Shown: one piece after another, positions 63,511-64,000 of the stretch
Position numbering within the stretch: position 1 is the first letter of the stretch
Layout: every line of letters starts with the position of its first letter
Source: a virus
Lineage: Duplodnaviria > Caudoviricetes
Direction: 5' to 3' (one strand)
Length of the DNA stretch: 64,000 bases
IMG/VR virus record: IMGVR_UViG_3300032303_002587
Location: 1-64,000 of that record
The notes under the pieces: model-generated
The model's database searches: none
What the model saw: the letters and a program-made list of their open reading frames with translations, nothing else
Told to the model about the DNA's origin: nothing
Translations under genes and position numbers: made by a program

Positions 63511-63953
63511 TAAAATGTCTCTTTTAGGTAAAAAACATAGTATATTAGACCTTGATAATTTTTTATAACATCTGTGCTAATAAGGTTAAATGTTTTATTA
63601 TCGAATGTAATTTTTTCTGTTATGTCTTGATTAATATAATTTTTCGCATCTTCTTTAACTTTAATTTCTACTATTTGGTTTGGAAATTTTAATTTTATTT
63701 CATTATCAATTTGTAAATTTTCTTTAGCCAAATTATAATTTATAATTGCGTCAAAAGTTTGATTTCTAGGAGTATATGTATAATCAACTACATTAGAATT
63801 TTCCTCGTATCCTAGTAATTGATTAGTCGTATTTTGCAATATATTTTTAATTGGTTGTTTATGAACAACAATTGACCTTTTAAATGTATCGAAGTGATCA
63901 TTTATTGCTTGTTTATAGGCGGCTATTTCTGTATCAAGTATCAGCGACGCCAT
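63510..63953 (-). CDS. Putative head-closure / head-tail connector protein
   Basis: 147 aa; the C-terminal ITFDNKTFNL...YYVFYL strands resemble stopper proteins. Position supports this. Confidence 0.4.
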   Translation of the reverse strand: MASLILDTEIAAYKQAINDHFDTFKRSIVVHKQPIKNILQNTTNQLLGYEENSNVVDYTYTPRNQTFDAIINYNLAKENLQIDNEIKLKFPNQIVEIKVKEDAKNYINQDITEKITFDNKTFNLISTDVIKNYQGLIYYVFYLKETF

Positions 63954-63954
63954 A

Positions 63955-63999
63955 TTATAAATTTTCTATATTTCTTATAAAGGAATTATAAGAATAAGG
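63955..63999 (-). CDS. 3' end of a gene extending beyond the window
   Basis: Open frame PYSYNSFIRNIENL-TAA ending 1 nt before the ATG of 63510..63953. Confidence 0.35.
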   Translation of the reverse strand, partial: PYSYNSFIRNIENL

Positions 64000-64000
64000 T

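Overview
This is a strongly AT-rich, gene-dense segment of a large tailed dsDNA bacteriophage, read with the standard genetic code. The host cannot be identified from the sequence. There are four blocks. (1) 1-8.2 kb: two tail-fibre/receptor-binding-type genes (the first is cut by the window edge), a 24-aa micro-ORF, a ferritin/Dps-like gene, a GT11-like gene and an unknown Cys/Trp-rich protein. (2) 8.2-21.6 kb (+): a 16-gene glycan cassette with GT2, GT9-like, GT14, GT25, GT31, GT47 and GT92-like transferases, methyltransferases, a GDP-mannose 3,5-epimerase-like enzyme, gmd and glf. (3) 21.6-37.0 kb (+): replication and recombination, with RecA, a Vsr-like nuclease, DnaB, ThyX, DnaG, a Cas4/RecB-like nuclease, a DNA Pol III alpha split into PHP / DEDDh exonuclease / core, a Whirly-like SSB, a GT4 plus split-GT9 pair and a Rad52/Sak-like annealase. 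(4) 37.0-64 kb (-): virion morphogenesis, with neck/terminator candidates, tail tube, chaperone candidates, an 1831-aa tape measure, tail-tip/baseplate proteins and FG-GAP, Pro-Thr mucin-like and collagen-like fibres. The best candidates for new biology are a phage-encoded virion glycosylation system with a possible [S/T]-G acceptor motif, and a PD-(D/E)XK-like domain bracketed by G(F/Y)(I/V)PNF motifs inside the tape measure. Also notable are a two-class promoter code (leaderless sigma70-type versus GTGTAA), a Whirly-fold SSB and a split GT9 in the replication block. All family calls come from motifs recognised by eye; no database search was run.
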